The notes under the pieces: model-generated
Seen by the model: the letters and a program-made list of their open reading frames with translations, nothing else
The model's database searches: none
What the model was told of the DNA's origin: nothing
In this document: positions 17,193-27,700 of the stretch, piece after piece
Position numbering within the stretch: the first letter of the stretch is position 1
Layout: every line of letters begins with the position of its first letter
Translations under genes and position numbers: made by a program
Assembly: GCA_964392455.1 (NCBI GenBank)
Contig: CAYMPG010000009.1
Location: 6,896-70,895 of the forward strand
From: an uncultured Clostridium sp.
GTDB taxonomy: Bacteria; Bacillota; Clostridia; Christensenellales; CAG-138
Reading direction: 5' to 3'
DNA: 64,000 nt

Positions 17193-18389
17193 TCAGACGA
17201 TTATAAGAGGGCGGGAAAAATCAAAGGCAGCACCGGCAGGGGAGGGGGAAGCGGCCGGTGCTATATCTGCCGCCAGCATATCCGCCGCCATTATGCTTTG
17301 CTGGGCGTTATTGAGCCCGGCAGCATCGCTGTAGCGTATTACTACAGGCAGGGCAGAGCTTTTCTTCAGCAGGGAAAGCAGCTCCATGGCATCCTTCCTT
17401 ACGCCTAATACCCGGATATACAGGCCATCCAGCTTTTGCATGGGGTCTCCATATATGCCAAGGAGGGCATTCATGCATATGCGCTTCAGCCGGGCCATGG
17501 TGTAGCGGCGGCTTTTCACCTGGGCGAGGAGGCCGTCTATATTGCTATGGTCTCTGCAGGCTGTATATAAGAGGTTTTCCAGCCCCTCTCCCATGTCGGG
17601 CAAGGAGGCGAGCTGCGCCCTTGTCATACGCCGCAGTGCATATACAGTTTCTCGGGAAAGGCCTGTGAGAGTTCGTGGCGCAAGGCCGGAAGAAATGGTG
17701 ACTTCCATAGCCTCAAGTACATCTGTGGGGAGCAGGCCGTCGACGGGTTGTTTATTAACTATTGCCGCCCGTATGGCAGAGGCGCTGGCAAGGCCGTTTG
17801 CAGGGGTGGGGCTGTCATGCTCCGGGCCGGAGCGGAGTATGGGAAGGGGAGTAATGGGCGAGGAAAGGCGCATCAGCGCACGAATATACTCTATGCCCAG
17901 TATGTCATTAGGAGAGCTGAGAGGTCCGGCCTCTCCGGTATACTGCCGCCATGCCCTTGCCCGGGCATCCGGGTAAGAAAGGCCTGCATCGATATTTGCT
18001 TTTATGAGGGAGGCAAGCTCGGGGGGCTCATTGTCTGCCGCCTGTGCCGCCCGGAACAGGGCCGATACATCGCCACATTCGCTGCCGAAGGCAATATGGT
18101 CTATCATGCCTGAGCCGTGGAGTATTCCGACTCCGGCTGAGGCAAAGGCTTGGGCGCTGGACAGGGAGAATACCGTGGGCAGCAGCAGCACCATATCTGC
18201 GCCGTGCTCAAGGGCCCACCTTGCCCGGGTATGCTTATCAATAATTGCAGGCTCTCCCCGCTGCACAAAGTCTCCGCTCATTACAGCTACAGCATACCTT
18301 GCGCCTGAAAGCTCCTTTGCAGCCTTCAGGTGATATAGATGCCCATTGTGAAATGGGTTGTATTCTGCTATTACGCCTACTATGCTCAT
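17193..18389 (-). CDS. tmcAL: tRNA(Met) cytidine acetate ligase TmcAL (YlbM/UPF0348)
   Basis: Start placed at MSIVGVIAEYNPFHNGHLYHL (HxGH nucleotidyltransferase motif). The remaining roughly 400 aa resemble YlbM. Confidence 0.9.
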   Translation of the reverse strand: MSIVGVIAEYNPFHNGHLYHLKAAKELSGARYAVAVMSGDFVQRGEPAIIDKHTRARWALEHGADMVLLLPTVFSLSSAQAFASAGVGILHGSGMIDHIAFGSECGDVSALFRAAQAADNEPPELASLIKANIDAGLSYPDARARAWRQYTGEAGPLSSPNDILGIEYIRALMRLSSPITPLPILRSGPEHDSPTPANGLASASAIRAAIVNKQPVDGLLPTDVLEAMEVTISSGLAPRTLTGLSRETVYALRRMTRAQLASLPDMGEGLENLLYTACRDHSNIDGLLAQVKSRRYTMARLKRICMNALLGIYGDPMQKLDGLYIRVLGVRKDAMELLSLLKKSSALPVVIRYSDAAGLNNAQQSIMAADMLAADIAPAASPSPAGAAFDFSRPLIIV

Positions 18390-18555
18390 GGGGCTATTAT
18401 ACACCAGCAGCAGGGCCATATGGAAGCGGGAACCGCCGTAAAGATGCAGCGTGGGGCTTGTATGCTTTTGCAAAGTGATGGTATAATGTAGCAGTTAAGG
18501 TATGTATTCAGCAAAATCAAATTATATATACATTCTGAAAGGAGACATAAACACA

Positions 18556-19554
18556 ATGTCCATCATTGACAACATCAAAGCAAAAGCCAAGGCTGACCTG
18601 AAGCATATCGTGCTTCCCGAGGGCAGCGAGGAGCGTACCGTACAGGCCGCCCGCATCATCACCGATCAGGGCATAGCAAAGGTGACCCTCATAGGCAATA
18701 CTGACGAGATAAAGGCTGCCGCCGCAAAGTACGGCGTATCGGTTGACGATATAGCAATGATAGACCCTGCAAAATCCGAGCTGTATCCCGTATACAGCGA
18801 AAAGTTTGCCGAGATGCGTGCCAAGAAGGGCGTAACGCTGGAGCAGGCCCAGAAGACCATGCTGGATCCCCTCTTCTTTGCTGCAATGATGGTATACGAT
18901 GACAAGGCAGATGGCTTTGTATCCGGCGCCATAAATACCACCGGCAATACCCTGCGCCCCGGCCTTCAGATAATCAAGACCGCCAAGGGAGTATCCACCG
19001 TATCCAGCTGCTTCATCATGGAGCTGCCCAATAAGGCATACGGTGATGACGGCGTAATGGTGTTTGGCGACTGCGCTGTAAATATCGATCCCAGTGCAGA
19101 GCAGCTTGCAGCCATAGCCATAGGCTCTGCACAGACCGCAAAGGCCCTCTGCGGCATAGACCCCAGGGTGGCAATGCTCTCCTTCTCCACCAAGGGCAGC
19201 GCCAAGCATGAAAACGTAGATAAGGTAGCCGAGGCCACCCGCCTTGTGAAGGAGCTTGCTCCCGAGCTTAACGTGGATGGCGAGCTTCAGGCGGATGCAG
19301 CACTGGTAGAAAAGGTTGGCCAGCTCAAGAGCCCTGGCAGCCCCGTTGCAGGCAAGGCAAACGTTCTGGTATTCCCTGACCTTCAGGCGGGCAATATCGG
19401 CTATAAGCTGGTGCAGCGTCTGGCAGGGGCAGAGGCCATAGGCCCCATCTGCCAGGGCTTTGCAAAGCCCATCAATGACCTGTCCCGTGGATGCAGCGTT
19501 GAGGATATAGTATCCGTTGTGGCAATCACCGCAGTACAGGCCCAGAATATGTAA
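18556..19554 (+). CDS. pta: Phosphate acetyltransferase
   Basis: Start placed at [12 protein letters not shown] behind GAAAGGAG. Contains [11 protein letters not shown] and the [10 protein letters not shown] tail. Confidence 0.95.
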   Translation: MSIIDNIKAKAKADLKHIVLPEGSEERTVQAARIITDQGIAKVTLIGNTDEIKAAAAKYGVSVDDIAMIDPAKSELYPVYSEKFAEMRAKKGVTLEQAQKTMLDPLFFAAMMVYDDKADGFVSGAINTTGNTLRPGLQIIKTAKGVSTVSSCFIMELPNKAYGDDGVMVFGDCAVNIDPSAEQLAAIAIGSAQTAKALCGIDPRVAMLSFSTKGSAKHENVDKVAEATRLVKELAPELNVDGELQADAALVEKVGQLKSPGSPVAGKANVLVFPDLQAGNIGYKLVQRLAGAEAIGPICQGFAKPINDLSRGCSVEDIVSVVAITAVQAQNM

Positions 19555-19577
19555 TAATCACCGGAGGACAAAGCAAA

Positions 19578-20777
19578 ATGAAGATTCTTGTTATCAATGC
19601 AGGCAGCTCTTCTCTCAAGTATCAGTTTATGGATTCCGAGAGCGGATACGTTATAGCAAAGGGCCTCTGCGAGCGCATCGGCATAGACGGCGCAATGACC
19701 TACAAGCCCACCGGCAGGGAGCCTGTCAAGTTTACAGATACTCTTAAGGATCATACCGATGCCATCAAGCTGGTAATAAACACCCTTACCGATCCTGAAA
19801 TCGGCGTGGTAAAGAGCATGGCGGAAATAGACGCAGTGGGCCACCGCATGGTGCATGGCGGCGAAAAATTTGCCAAGTCCGTTCTCATTACAGACGAGGT
19901 GATAAAGACCGTTGAAAGCCTGAATGGCCTTGCCCCCCTGCATAACCCTGCAAACCTTATGGGCGTGCGCGCCTGCCGGGAGATAATGCCTGATGTTCCC
20001 ATGGTGGCTGTATTTGATACTGCATTCCATCAGACCATGCCCAGGGAAGCCTTCCTTTACGGCCTGCCCTATGAAGCATATACCGAGCACATGGTGCGCC
20101 GCTACGGCTTCCATGGCACCTCCCATCTTTACGTTTCCCGCAGGGCTATAGAGCTCCTTGGCAAGCCCGCAGAGGATACAAAGATAGTTACCTGCCACCT
20201 AGGCAACGGCTCCTCCATCAGCGCCGTAAAGGGCGGCAAGAGCATAGATACCTCCATGGGCCTCACTCCCCTTGAGGGCGTACCCATGGGTACCCGCTCC
20301 GGCAGCATAGACCCCGCCATCGTTACCTACCTTATGGACAAGCTGGGCCTTGATGCAAAGGGAATAGACAGTTACCTCAATAAAAAGAGCGGCGTAATGG
20401 GCATATCCGGCGTATCCTCTGACTTCAGGGATATTACCGCCGCCGCAGCCGAGGGCAATGACAGGGCAAAGGCAGCACTGGAGTGCTTTGCCTATCAGGT
20501 AAAGAAGTACATTGGCGCATATTCTGCCGCAATGGGCGGCGTGGACGCCATAGTATTCACTGCGGGCGTGGGCGAGAATCATCGCGGTCTGCGCGAAATG
20601 ATACTTACCGGCCTTGATTACCTTGGCGCAGATGTGGACTTTGAGTACAATCAGAGCTGTCCCGGCGGCCAGGAGGTGGAGCTCACCAGGCCCGGCAGCA
20701 AGGTAAAGGTATACGTTATCCCCACCGATGAGGAAATGGTGATAGCACAGGATACCGCAAGGCTTTCCGCAAAATAA
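19578..20777 (+). CDS. ackA: Acetate kinase
   Basis: MKILVINAGSSSLKYQ, GHRMVHGG, RRYGFHGTSH and IPTDEE motifs. Confidence 0.97.
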   Translation: MKILVINAGSSSLKYQFMDSESGYVIAKGLCERIGIDGAMTYKPTGREPVKFTDTLKDHTDAIKLVINTLTDPEIGVVKSMAEIDAVGHRMVHGGEKFAKSVLITDEVIKTVESLNGLAPLHNPANLMGVRACREIMPDVPMVAVFDTAFHQTMPREAFLYGLPYEAYTEHMVRRYGFHGTSHLYVSRRAIELLGKPAEDTKIVTCHLGNGSSISAVKGGKSIDTSMGLTPLEGVPMGTRSGSIDPAIVTYLMDKLGLDAKGIDSYLNKKSGVMGISGVSSDFRDITAAAAEGNDRAKAALECFAYQVKKYIGAYSAAMGGVDAIVFTAGVGENHRGLREMILTGLDYLGADVDFEYNQSCPGGQEVELTRPGSKVKVYVIPTDEEMVIAQDTARLSAK

Positions 20778-20841
20778 TATAGTTGACAAATTTCCACCTT
20801 GCGGATAAAATAGTGAAGGTGTGCTTTCGAAAGGAAGAATT

Positions 20842-21351
20842 ATGAAGCTGAATGTGGCCCAGGAGCTCAAGCAGCCCGGAAGGGTAGGCAGGAGCCGTAT
20901 AGAACATGACCTTGACCGTCAGGAGTATCTTGGCCGCGAGCTGAGCTTTGCTTCTCCGCTTGTCATTGATGCCGAGCATATATATGACGGAGAGGGCTTC
21001 AACGTTCGGGGCACTATCACCACCAGGCTCAATTCCGAATGTGCCCTCTGCGGCAAGGCATTTATAGAGCCTCTGTCCTTCGAATTTGACGAGCGCTTCG
21101 TCAGAGACCCGGGCGAGGATGATGAATGTTACGGCTACAGCGGGGAAACTCTGAATATCAGCCAAATGGTCCTGGATAATCTTTTCCTCAATCTGCCTGT
21201 ATACAGCAGGTGCAGCGAGGATTGTAAAGGACTTTGCCCGGTATGCGGGTGCGATTTGAACACAGTACAGTGTTCCTGCTCAAGGGAGGAAGTAAAAGAG
21301 AATCCCTTTGCGGCCCTGGAACGGCTGTTGTATCACGATAAGGAGGTGTAA
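20842..21351 (+). CDS. yceD: YceD/DUF177 family ribosome-assembly-associated protein
   Basis: Cys pairs CALCGK and [13 protein letters not shown], with a FAALE tail. It lies immediately upstream of rpmF, as in most bacteria. Confidence 0.85.
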   Translation: MKLNVAQELKQPGRVGRSRIEHDLDRQEYLGRELSFASPLVIDAEHIYDGEGFNVRGTITTRLNSECALCGKAFIEPLSFEFDERFVRDPGEDDECYGYSGETLNISQMVLDNLFLNLPVYSRCSEDCKGLCPVCGCDLNTVQCSCSREEVKENPFAALERLLYHDKEV

Positions 21352-21353
21352 CC

Positions 21354-21536
21354 ATGGCAGTCCCTAAGAGAAAAACGTCTAAGGCAAGGCGCGATCAGCG
21401 CAGAGCGAACTGGAAGTTGACCGTTCCCGGTATCGTGGAATGTCCGCAGTGCCATGAGCCCAAGCTGGCTCATCGTGTATGCAAGAAGTGCGGCTATTAC
21501 GACGGCAAGCAGGCCATCGCAGTTGAGAGCAAGTAA
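21354..21536 (+). CDS. rpmF: 50S ribosomal protein L32
   Basis: [18 protein letters not shown]...[20 protein letters not shown]. Confidence 0.97.
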   Translation: MAVPKRKTSKARRDQRRANWKLTVPGIVECPQCHEPKLAHRVCKKCGYYDGKQAIAVESK

Positions 21537-21556
21537 TTTCACGAGATTATAACCTT

Positions 21557-21586
21557 GGGGGCTCATTAGAGCCCCTTTTGTTTTTT
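21557..21586 (+). terminator. Intrinsic terminator after rpmF
   Basis: GGGGGCTC-atta-GAGCCCC-TTTTGTTTTTT. Confidence 0.85.
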
Positions 21587-21721
21587 GCAGAATATTGTAT
21601 AAATCGTTACCCGGAGCTTGTGGCGTGAGCCTCAGCAAACGAAAAAACCACCCGCCTCCCGGAAGGGAAAGCGGATGGTTTTTCATATTTGTGGAATCAA
21701 AGGCGATGCCTGTACCGCAGC

Positions 21722-22175
21722 TTATGCTATCTGGTTTTTCCGAAACTCCCGGTACAATGCGGGAATCAGGATAAGGGACAGGATTGTGTAAATGGCAAAC
21801 AGTAGGGGCCAGGAGCCGACAACTGCGAAGCACAGGTTGTAGACGTTAAAATAACGCAGCTGGTAGGACGCGGTGCTCCAGCAGGAGTAAATCAGCACGC
21901 ACAGATAGAGAAGCAGGGCAATTTTTTCGCTGGGCTTTCCCATAATGCTGGTACTGGCTGAGGGTACGGAAAAACCGGGCGAAGGATTCCTGAGTGGCAT
22001 CCTTGGCATAGCTTTTGTCGCTTAGGTGCAGATAGCAGCAGCGCAAAACAGCAGGGTAATACTTGCGTACAAAAACCTCGATCGCTCCGTCTTCTCCGGC
22101 CTTCATACGCCGGATAAGCAGAAAGTCAGCGTCCATGTTATCCTTCCCCTCGTATGATTTTAAAAGGCCTTTCAC
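21722..22175 (-). pseudogene. Truncated or frameshifted ECF-type sigma factor fragment (region 2 only) running into a two-helix membrane tail
   Basis: ORF 21846..22175 encodes DADFLLIRRMKAGEDGAIEVFVRKYYPAVLRCCYLHLSDKSYAKDATQESFARFFRTL, which is sigma-70 region-2-like, then stops with no region 4. The overlapping frame 21722..22009 continues as KIALLLYLCVLIYSCW...LCFAVVGSWPLLFAIYTILSLILIPAL (two TM helices). The frames differ by one nucleotide, and an A6 run (T6 on the + strand at 21922..21927) sits in the overlap. Confidence 0.45.
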
Positions 22176-22636
22176 TTAACATAACGGCTTAGGAGGTGAA
22201 AAGGATAGTGTGTAAGGGGAATTATAAAATAATTCTTCTGGGCGCACAGCCGTATTGTGCCGCAAGGAAAGTATTTTACCGCAAGGAGGTGATAAATGGT
22301 TATGATTGTGAAGCAGGCTGCGGCTAAACGTGAAGCGCACAATCGCTTTTCTGATGGCGGACGACTTGCCTGCCGGGGGAATGCTGTGCTATACTGTAAT
22401 AGCTATTTCGTCTGCTGATTTCCTGCTTTTTGGCACACATGCTGCTTGAGACGAACCGTCAGGGGATAAAGGAACGCTGTTTTTTCCCTTATGGCGGCGA
22501 TAGCATATACTTTGGGTGATACCAGATGGTCAATTATGGAGTACCTGCGGATGACAGGGTATCAGATGCGGTGCTTTCACAATTTACTTGCAGATTTTGC
22601 CCAATTTAACCATATCATACTTATCGGAGATGCATC

Positions 22637-23644
22637 ATGAAGATAGCGGTAGACGCATTTGGCGGGGATAATGCACCCCGGGCAGTAATTGAGGGCTGTG
22701 TTTCCGCCCTCAGTACCTATAGCGATATTACTATTGCCCTCTGCGGCGATGAGCAGAGCATAAGGGATGAGCTGTCCCTCCTTAAATACGACAGCTCACG
22801 CATAGAGATATACCATGCGCCTGAGGTGATAGGCTGCGATGAACAGCCCACCCTGGCCATACGCCGCAAGAAAAACTCATCCCTGGTAAAGGCCATGGAG
22901 CTGGTAAGGGACAAGGAAGCGGAGTGCGTGGTATCTGCCGGCAGCACCGGTGCGGTGCTTGCGGGGGCAACCTTCATAGTGCGCCGCATGGAGGGTGTAA
23001 AGCGCCCTGCTCTTGGCGTGGTATTTCCGGCGGAGGAGGGCTGCGTGCTGGTGATGGACTGCGGGGCAAATGTGGACTGCAAGCCATCCTACCTTATGCA
23101 GTTTGCAGTGATGGCCTCAGCCTATATGAAGGACGTTATGGGCGTGGAAAACCCAAGAATCGGCCTGCTGAATAACGGAGCCGAAGCAGAAAAGGGCAAC
23201 GAGCTGACAAAGGCAGCATACAAGCTGCTGGAAAACGCCCCTGTAAACTTTGCGGGCAACTGTGAGGCAAGGGACATACTCAGCGGCAAATACGATGCTG
23301 TGGTATGCGATGGCTTTGCAGGCAATGTGGTGCTTAAGTATACAGAGGGGCTGTCCTCCACCCTTGTATCCATGCTGAAGCGTGAGCTTATGGCGGATAC
23401 CTCCAGCAAGATAGGTGCACTGTTTGCCAAGTCCGCCTTCCGCCGCTTCAAGAAGATAATGGACTATACCGAGTATGGCGGGGCGCCGCTATTGGGCATA
23501 GACGGCGGCGTGGTAAAGGCGCACGGCAGCTCAAATGCAAAGGCCTTTGCAGCAGCCATAGGCCAGGCAAGGCGGTTTGTATCGGGCGGCATAAATGACT
23601 CAATACGCAGCGCCATTGGCAGCCTGCCTGAGATACAGGATTGA
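22637..23644 (+). CDS. plsX: Phosphate acyltransferase PlsX
   Basis: MKIAVDAFGGDNAP, SAGSTGA and GGVVKAHGSS motifs. Confidence 0.96.
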   Translation: MKIAVDAFGGDNAPRAVIEGCVSALSTYSDITIALCGDEQSIRDELSLLKYDSSRIEIYHAPEVIGCDEQPTLAIRRKKNSSLVKAMELVRDKEAECVVSAGSTGAVLAGATFIVRRMEGVKRPALGVVFPAEEGCVLVMDCGANVDCKPSYLMQFAVMASAYMKDVMGVENPRIGLLNNGAEAEKGNELTKAAYKLLENAPVNFAGNCEARDILSGKYDAVVCDGFAGNVVLKYTEGLSSTLVSMLKRELMADTSSKIGALFAKSAFRRFKKIMDYTEYGGAPLLGIDGGVVKAHGSSNAKAFAAAIGQARRFVSGGINDSIRSAIGSLPEIQD

Positions 23645-23726
23645 CATTGGGGAAATATAAAGCTAAACTATAGTAAAACATTAAAAAATTATTAGCGTGT
23701 ATATATGCATCGAAAGGCGGTATATA

Positions 23727-23948
23727 ATGAACTTCGAAAAGATTTGTGCGATGCTTTCCAAGCAGATGGATGTCCCCGCAGAGCAGATCACCATGGAGAC
23801 CAGGCTGGTGGAAGACCTTAAGGCTGACTCTCTGGATGTGGTGGAGCTGATAATGGACATTGAGCAGGAATACGGCGTTCAGGTTCCCGAGGAGGAGCTG
23901 CCCAACGTACATACTGTAGGCGACATACTCAAGTTTATTGGAGAATAA
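23727..23948 (+). CDS. acpP: Acyl carrier protein
   Basis: Start placed at MNFEKI. Contains the LKADSLDVVELIMDIEQEYG phosphopantetheine-attachment motif (DSLD). Confidence 0.95.
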   Translation: MNFEKICAMLSKQMDVPAEQITMETRLVEDLKADSLDVVELIMDIEQEYGVQVPEEELPNVHTVGDILKFIGE

Positions 23949-24011
23949 CATTATCAAAAATGTACCCGCATCGTGTGGATGCGGGTATTTTGCTATGGAG
24001 GCACTTGAATA

Positions 24012-24716
24012 ATGGAATACGAAAGGCTGCATAGGCTTCAGGAGCTTCAAAAGGAGCTTGGCTATACCTTTAAGGAGGTGTCCCTGCTGGATACTGCCCT
24101 TACCCATACCTCATATGTAAAGGGCGATGGCAATGGCAGCGAGCATAATGAGAGGCTGGAGTTTCTCGGGGATGCGGTGCTGGAGCTTTGTGTGAGCGAA
24201 AAGCTGTACAAGGAGTATCCCGGCCTTAACGAGGGGGTAATGACCCGGGTAAGGGCGCTGTGCGTTTGCGAAGGGGCCCTGTACAAGGCGGCAGGCAGGC
24301 TGGGCCTCGGCAGGTATTTGCAGCTCAGCCACGGGGAGGATCACTCGGGCGGCAGGGAAAAGCCCTCTATACTGGCAGACGCGGTGGAGTCCGTGATAGG
24401 TGCGGTATTTCTGGATGGAGGGATAGACTGCGCCAGAGCCCTTGTTATGAAGGTGACAGAGGGCAGCATAGATGCGGCGGTGCAGCGGGTGAATACCAAG
24501 GATTATAAGACCATGCTCCAGGAATACGTACAGAAAAAGCATCAGGGAAATGTTACCTACGAGCTGGTGGAGGTTTCCGGGCCGGACCATATGCGTACAT
24601 TTACCCTTCAGGCAGTTATAGCCGGGGAGAAAATGGGTATAGGCTCAGGCCAGAGCAAGCAGGAGGCAGGCCAGTGCGCCGCAAAGGCTACGCTGGAGGA
24701 GCTGGGCCTTGTGTGA
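24012..24716 (+). CDS. rnc: Ribonuclease III
   Basis: NERLEFLGDAVLEL signature plus a C-terminal dsRBD (GPDH..F..QAVI.G...G.G.G.SKQEAGQCAA). Confidence 0.96.
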   Translation: MEYERLHRLQELQKELGYTFKEVSLLDTALTHTSYVKGDGNGSEHNERLEFLGDAVLELCVSEKLYKEYPGLNEGVMTRVRALCVCEGALYKAAGRLGLGRYLQLSHGEDHSGGREKPSILADAVESVIGAVFLDGGIDCARALVMKVTEGSIDAAVQRVNTKDYKTMLQEYVQKKHQGNVTYELVEVSGPDHMRTFTLQAVIAGEKMGIGSGQSKQEAGQCAAKATLEELGLV

Positions 24717-24777
24717 TTTGCACAGAAAAACGATTTATGATAACATTACCGTGAATACGGTTCAGGGGATAAACTAA

Positions 24778-27700
24778 TTGAGACTTACAAAAATAGAGAT
24801 AAACGGCTTTAAATCCTTCGCAAAAAAGACGGAGATACAGGTCGAAAAGGGAATAACCGCCATAATCGGCCCAAACGGCAGCGGCAAGAGCAATATCGCC
24901 GACGCCGTTCGTTGGGTTTTGGGCGAGCAGAGCGCAAGGGTGCTGCGTGGCAACAAGATGGAGGACGTTATTTTTAACGGCACCGAGCAGCGCAAGCCCC
25001 AATCCTTCTGCGAGGTCACCCTTACGCTGGATAATTCAGATGGAAGGCTCCCTACGGATTATGCAGAGGTGAGCGTTACCCGGCGGGTATATCGCTCAGG
25101 CGAAAGCGAGTACCTTATAAACCGCACCCAGTGCAGGCTCAAGGATATAAGCGAGCTTTTCAGGGATACCGGCATAGGCAAGGAGGGCTACTCCATAATC
25201 GGCCAGGGCCGGGTGGAGGAAATACTTTCCAATAAATCCAATGACCGGCGCAATGCCTTTGAGGAAGCGGCGGGCGTTATGAAGTACAGGGTACGCAAGG
25301 AGGAGGCCGAGCGCAAGCTAGACAATACCCGAAAGAACCTTGTGCGCCTGAATGACATACTGGATGAGCTGGAGCGCCAGATAGGCCCCCTTGAGGAGCA
25401 GAGCGCAGCCGCAAGAGAATACCTTAAGCTGAGAGACGAGCTTAAGGATATCGAGGTAAACGTATTTTTATACCAGTATGACAGGCTGAATGAGCGCATA
25501 AACACCCTTACAGACAGCCTGAAGGCATACGAGGCTGAGATAAAGCGTGTCTCAGTTACAGAGGCTTCCATAGGCGCAGAATGTACAGCCGAGGAAGAAA
25601 AGGAGCGCTGGCTCAGCGTTGCCATAGGGGAGATGCAGTCCAAGCTGCTGGCAGCCACTCAGGATGTGGAAAACCGGGCGGGCGAGGCCAAGCTGGCCCG
25701 TGAGCGCATGGCAAACCTTGCAAAGGACAGGGAGCGCCTTGAAGCCGAAATGCAGCTCAGCGCAAAAAAGCAGGAGGATATAAGGGCAGAGCTTGCGGAA
25801 ATAAGCGCAAGCAGCCAGGATGCCGAGGATAAGCGGCAGGACGGCGCAGCAGCCTTGGCTGAAACTGAGAAAAAGCTGTCTGACCTGGAGCAGAGCATAT
25901 CCCAGAGAGAGGATATGCTGGAGAGCCAGAAGCAGAGCATGATAGAGGCCATGAATCGCCTTTCTGATGCAAGGAGCCGCATATCCCGCCTGGAAGCCAT
26001 AAAGACCACCCTGCTTTCCCGCATAGATGAGATAAAGGCACGTCAGCAGGATATTCAGGCCGAGGGGGATAAGCTCAGGCGGGAGTACGATGATGTGTAT
26101 GGCGGCTTTGCCAAGATAAAGGCAGAGTATGACAGCATCAGCAGCAGGCGCACAGAGGCTGCCGTAGGTCTTAATGAGCTTAATATGGCCATTAAACGGG
26201 CGGATGAGGAGCTGCGCCGCAAGGAGCAGCAGATGGAAGCGGAATCCTCCCGGGTTAAGGTGCTTCATGAAATGAAGCGGGCGTATGAGGGATACTATTC
26301 CAGCGTAAGAAATCTGCTGAGAGATGCGGATAGGGATACGGCCCTCCGCCGCTGCATAGAGGGCGTGGTAGCGGAGCTCATACGGGTGCCTCAGGAGTAT
26401 GAGAGCGCCATAGAAATGAGCCTGGGCTCTGCGCTGCAAAATATCGTTACTCCCACAGAAAACGAAGCAAAGCAGGTAATAGAATACCTGCGGGCCAAGC
26501 AATACGGCAGGGCCACAATGCTGCCCGTGTCCTCAATGCGCTCAAGGCTGCTTTCCTCTGAGGAAAGGGCCATGTGCAACGTGGAGGGCTTTATCGGCGT
26601 GGCGTCAGATCTTGTGGGCTTTGATCAGCGCTACAGGGGCATATTTGAAAACCTGCTGGGGCGCACCGTAATAGTAAAGGATCTTGATGCGGGCATTGCC
26701 ATAAATAAAAGGGCAAGGTCATCCTTCCGCATAGCCACATTGAAGGGAGATATAATCAACCCGGGCGGCAGCATGACCGGCGGCAGTACCCAGAAGCGGG
26801 AATTCAGCCTTATTGGCCGCGAGCGGGAGATAGAGGCGCTGACTGCGTCCATAAAGGAAAAGCAGCAGGCCATTGAGCGCAGTGCCGGCGAAAGGCAGCG
26901 CATGGAGGCGGATATACAGCAGGCCGGCCTTGCGCTGGAACAGCTCAGCCGGGAGCTCCATGAAAAGGATATCGAAATGGCCACCCACCGGGAAAAGGTG
27001 GATGTGGTGCTGAAATACGTTGAGGATAATAAGGGCGATATGGAGCGCTCCATGATGGAGCTTTCCCAGATACAGGATAATATAGACAATATCGATCAGC
27101 AGTGCGCCGAGGCCACCCAGGACAGGAGCCAGTGGGAGCAGGGCAATGTGGCCAGCCAGGAGGATGTAAAGAAGCTCCAGGAGGAGCTGAATGGCCTCAG
27201 GGCAGAGCAGGCTGCGGTGAATCAGAGCCTTACCGAGCGCCGTGTAGCCATGATGGCGCTGGAGAAGGAGCATGCAGCAGCACAAAGCAACATAAAGCGC
27301 CTTGAGCGTGAGGCGGCTCAGCTTCAGGAAACCATCGGCTCAGCAAAGGCTGCAATAGACGAGGGCATGCACCGCTTTGTGGAGCTGCAGGAGCAGGCAG
27401 GCACGCTGGATGATAATATTTCCGCCGACCGTAAGGATGTGGACAGGCTGACGGATCAGCTAAGGTCAATGGAGGAGGAAAGGGCAAAGCGCCTTTCTGC
27501 CATTGATGATATGCGGGAGCGCCGTGAAACTGCGGCGGCGGAGCTTGGCGATGCAAGGGAGCGCAGCCACAGGGCGGAGCTAAACCTTAATAAAGCCCAG
27601 CTTGAGCTGCAGAATATGCAGGACCGCATCTGGAATGACTATGAGCTCACCTATGAAAACGCTCAGCCTCTGCGCCGGCAGATAGCCATTACCGCCGCCC

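Noticed and set aside
22296-22418. 40-aa ORF (MVMIVKQAAAKREAHNRFSDGGRLACRGNAVLYCNSYFVC) with a perfect RBS in the rpmF-plsX gap.
   Set aside because: The RBS is striking, but the peptide has no recognisable features. It sits in what looks like decayed DNA, and I cannot show conservation. It is not called as a gene and is noted within the finding on this gap.
22521-22530. Palindrome ACCAGATGGT upstream of plsX as a FapR-type operator.
   Set aside because: I recall the FapR box only approximately. No fapR gene is in the window, and a 4+4 palindrome is weak evidence.
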